A DNA stretch of 64,000 nt from Monocercomonoides exilis PA203 (Eukaryota; Protista; Preaxostyla), in assembly GCA_001643675.2 (NCBI GenBank), contig LSRY02000023.1, positions 310,001 through 374,000 of the forward strand, in the 5' to 3' direction. This document shows positions 63,301 through 64,000 of this stretch, in pieces; the stretch's first letter is position 1; every line of letters starts with the position of its first letter. Below the pieces are notes generated by a model. That model searched no databases. It worked only from the letters and a program-made list of their open reading frames with translations, and was not told the DNA's origin. Position numbers and translations under genes: made by a program.

Positions 63301-64000
63301 GCTGCTTCTCTCTCTTCTTCTCCATTTTGCGTTCTTGTTCTCTCTCTTGTTCTCTTTCCTGTTCTTTCTCTTCTTCCTGAATGCGCATCTCCTCCAGCTC
63401 CTTCAGAAGTTCTGCTTCTCTTTCTTCCTCTCTCTGCTGTCCCGCAGCCCTTTCAGCTTGAAGCTCAGCAGCATGCTCCGCTCTCTCTCTCTCAATCAGC
63501 GCATTTGCCTCGTCCAACGTTTGCACCATCTTCGCTTCGCTTTCTCTCAGCGCCACAATCGTCGCCTCGTGCTCCACAATGGCAGTCTTCAGCTGTCCAA
63601 CCTCAGCTTCGTGTGCTGCTTTTGCTGTCTGCTCATTCTGCAGCAGAAACGCCACTTCTTTTTCTCTTTCCTCAATTTGCTCGTGTAACTGTGCAACCAG
63701 CTCGTTCAACTCTTTCAGCTCTTCCTCTTTCTGCTCCAGTGCTTCGCTCAGTTCCTTCTTTTTCTCTTTCATTTGCTTCAATTTGTTCATCGTATCCTTC
63801 TTTTCTTTTTCCATCGCTGTTTTTTCTCTTTCCAGCTTCTTCACTTTCCTCCCCAACTCCGATGACTCTTGCACAGCTCCTTCCTTTTCGGTGTCCAGCT
63901 GTTCTTTGTGCTCTTTCACTTCCTGAAGTTCTTCTTCCAATTCGCGCTTGTCTTCCTCCAGCTGCGCCTTTTCATCTTCCAACTGCTTTTTCTCATCCAT
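60380..64000 (-). CDS. Long coiled-coil protein with Glu/Arg-dipeptide tracts and basic RS-like C-terminus (probably 5'-partial)
   Basis: Open frame of 1,206 aa running to the window edge; heptad-rich E/K/Q sequence; (ER)n repeats; RSRSRS terminus. Confidence 0.75.
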   Translation of the reverse strand: MDEKKQLEDEKAQLEEDKRELEEELQEVKEHKEQLDTEKEGAVQESSELGRKVKKLEREKTAMEKEKKDTMNKLKQMKEKKKELSEALEQKEEELKELNELVAQLHEQIEEREKEVAFLLQNEQTAKAAHEAEVGQLKTAIVEHEATIVALRESEAKMVQTLDEANALIERERAEHAAELQAERAAGQQREEEREAELLKELEEMRIQEEEKEQEREQEREQERKMEKKREKQRAKEREEEKDREKQRQKEREEEREREKQRQREREEEKEREKQRQKEREEEQEKEKRREKEREEEIEREKEREREREEERERERQREKEREEERLRDKQREIERHIEAEKEKEREAEREKERKREAERERERQMEKEREKERREERAHWLEMINDAKAKKQVEEKYVIPSHLLASTTTIPVQPILGMAQPPPPAPAPAPVTVQPTPVAIPSISVSSGLEREMMLERERDRDRAREKEREWDRERERERERERERERERERERERERERDRERNRDIEREKDRDVSRPKGGEKDYDWEWRELEQERERLRERERAREKERDRELTQLRRKEEEVEQLRDRERGFLIELERMKLKDKERENEIERWKEKHAEKEKAMESLKDSEKEKEKELGKMKEIERERNSELEKLQLREKELTESKEAAKKNEEEFKKRIEKAESEKAELEAQLKEAMEKEEKAQKRFDKALEKAQRIHTVYKQQKSMLIEQKEALKRLMNEKEDLVKEMHLIEGERDEALRVNEQLERDASEVQRLTDLVREKQKEIDDLKRQNVQLTATVHRMTIKEESLQTQLAMKQAEINAQQKAANEEASQTKAKPKEESSNDPKGSRGKHGSSSRHRHHHDNHRDHKKESKHKERERDKDKIEKAGETRKSRSRSPKDTTERFSVGDGVSENLQIPMRLTTPITLTSTSHNTPPAFPLNSLEIERTATEMHPDVYDMSVTGTQDRQSGGTSTLASNTATSFSTSPNINQQPAVSAGMAYPSFASQPVVQPMQTVQPSQMTFAPSVTGTSPATEEAMAAAIQKQRAQQTYSEGFGAPAVGNVTAAPAAAASTLMPEEQTTFMRTLSAMATSAQPSRQMTMQVPQTVETREPGASGSLPTFSSFGEVSAMPSSSVVHSVSTSDRSAPRVRIHIHRRSRKDDGDSSESESHSEVHEPGNGRSERSERRKRRAGSRSRTPNKEHKSRHNSKRSRSRSKNRQ

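Overview
Gene-dense eukaryotic protist DNA, not prokaryotic. Genes use the standard code (TAA/TAG/TGA stops) and carry many short GT-AG introns (mostly 40-75 nt). Intergenic spacers are AT-rich and several proteins have long poly-Ser tracts. These traits and the giant Cys/Ser-rich surface proteins suggest an oxymonad such as Monocercomonoides (inference, not verified). Conserved genes: Vps41 (partial), V-ATPase E and c subunits, a DHHC palmitoyltransferase, a cathepsin B-like protease, a FERM-only protein, rpS3, a SWIM-RING protein, enkurin and ubiquitin-eL40. Most notable observations: (i) a ~1,920-aa protein combining an intron-split CCCH zinc finger, an eIF2D-like winged helix and PAM2-like motifs, with a GC-rich hairpin downstream; (ii) two head-to-head giant modular surface proteins with an orphan pseudokinase fragment between them; (iii) a decayed fragment of the same family inside a ~3.2-kb segment bounded by inverted repeats, resembling Pack-type transposon capture; (iv) a 401-bp foldback/MITE palindrome; (v) an intron-containing bacterial-type DUF4139 gene; (vi) a tandem 8-TM tetraspanin-like protein; (vii) a cathepsin with a GPI-like tail. 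All exon structures were derived by eye and need RNA-seq confirmation.
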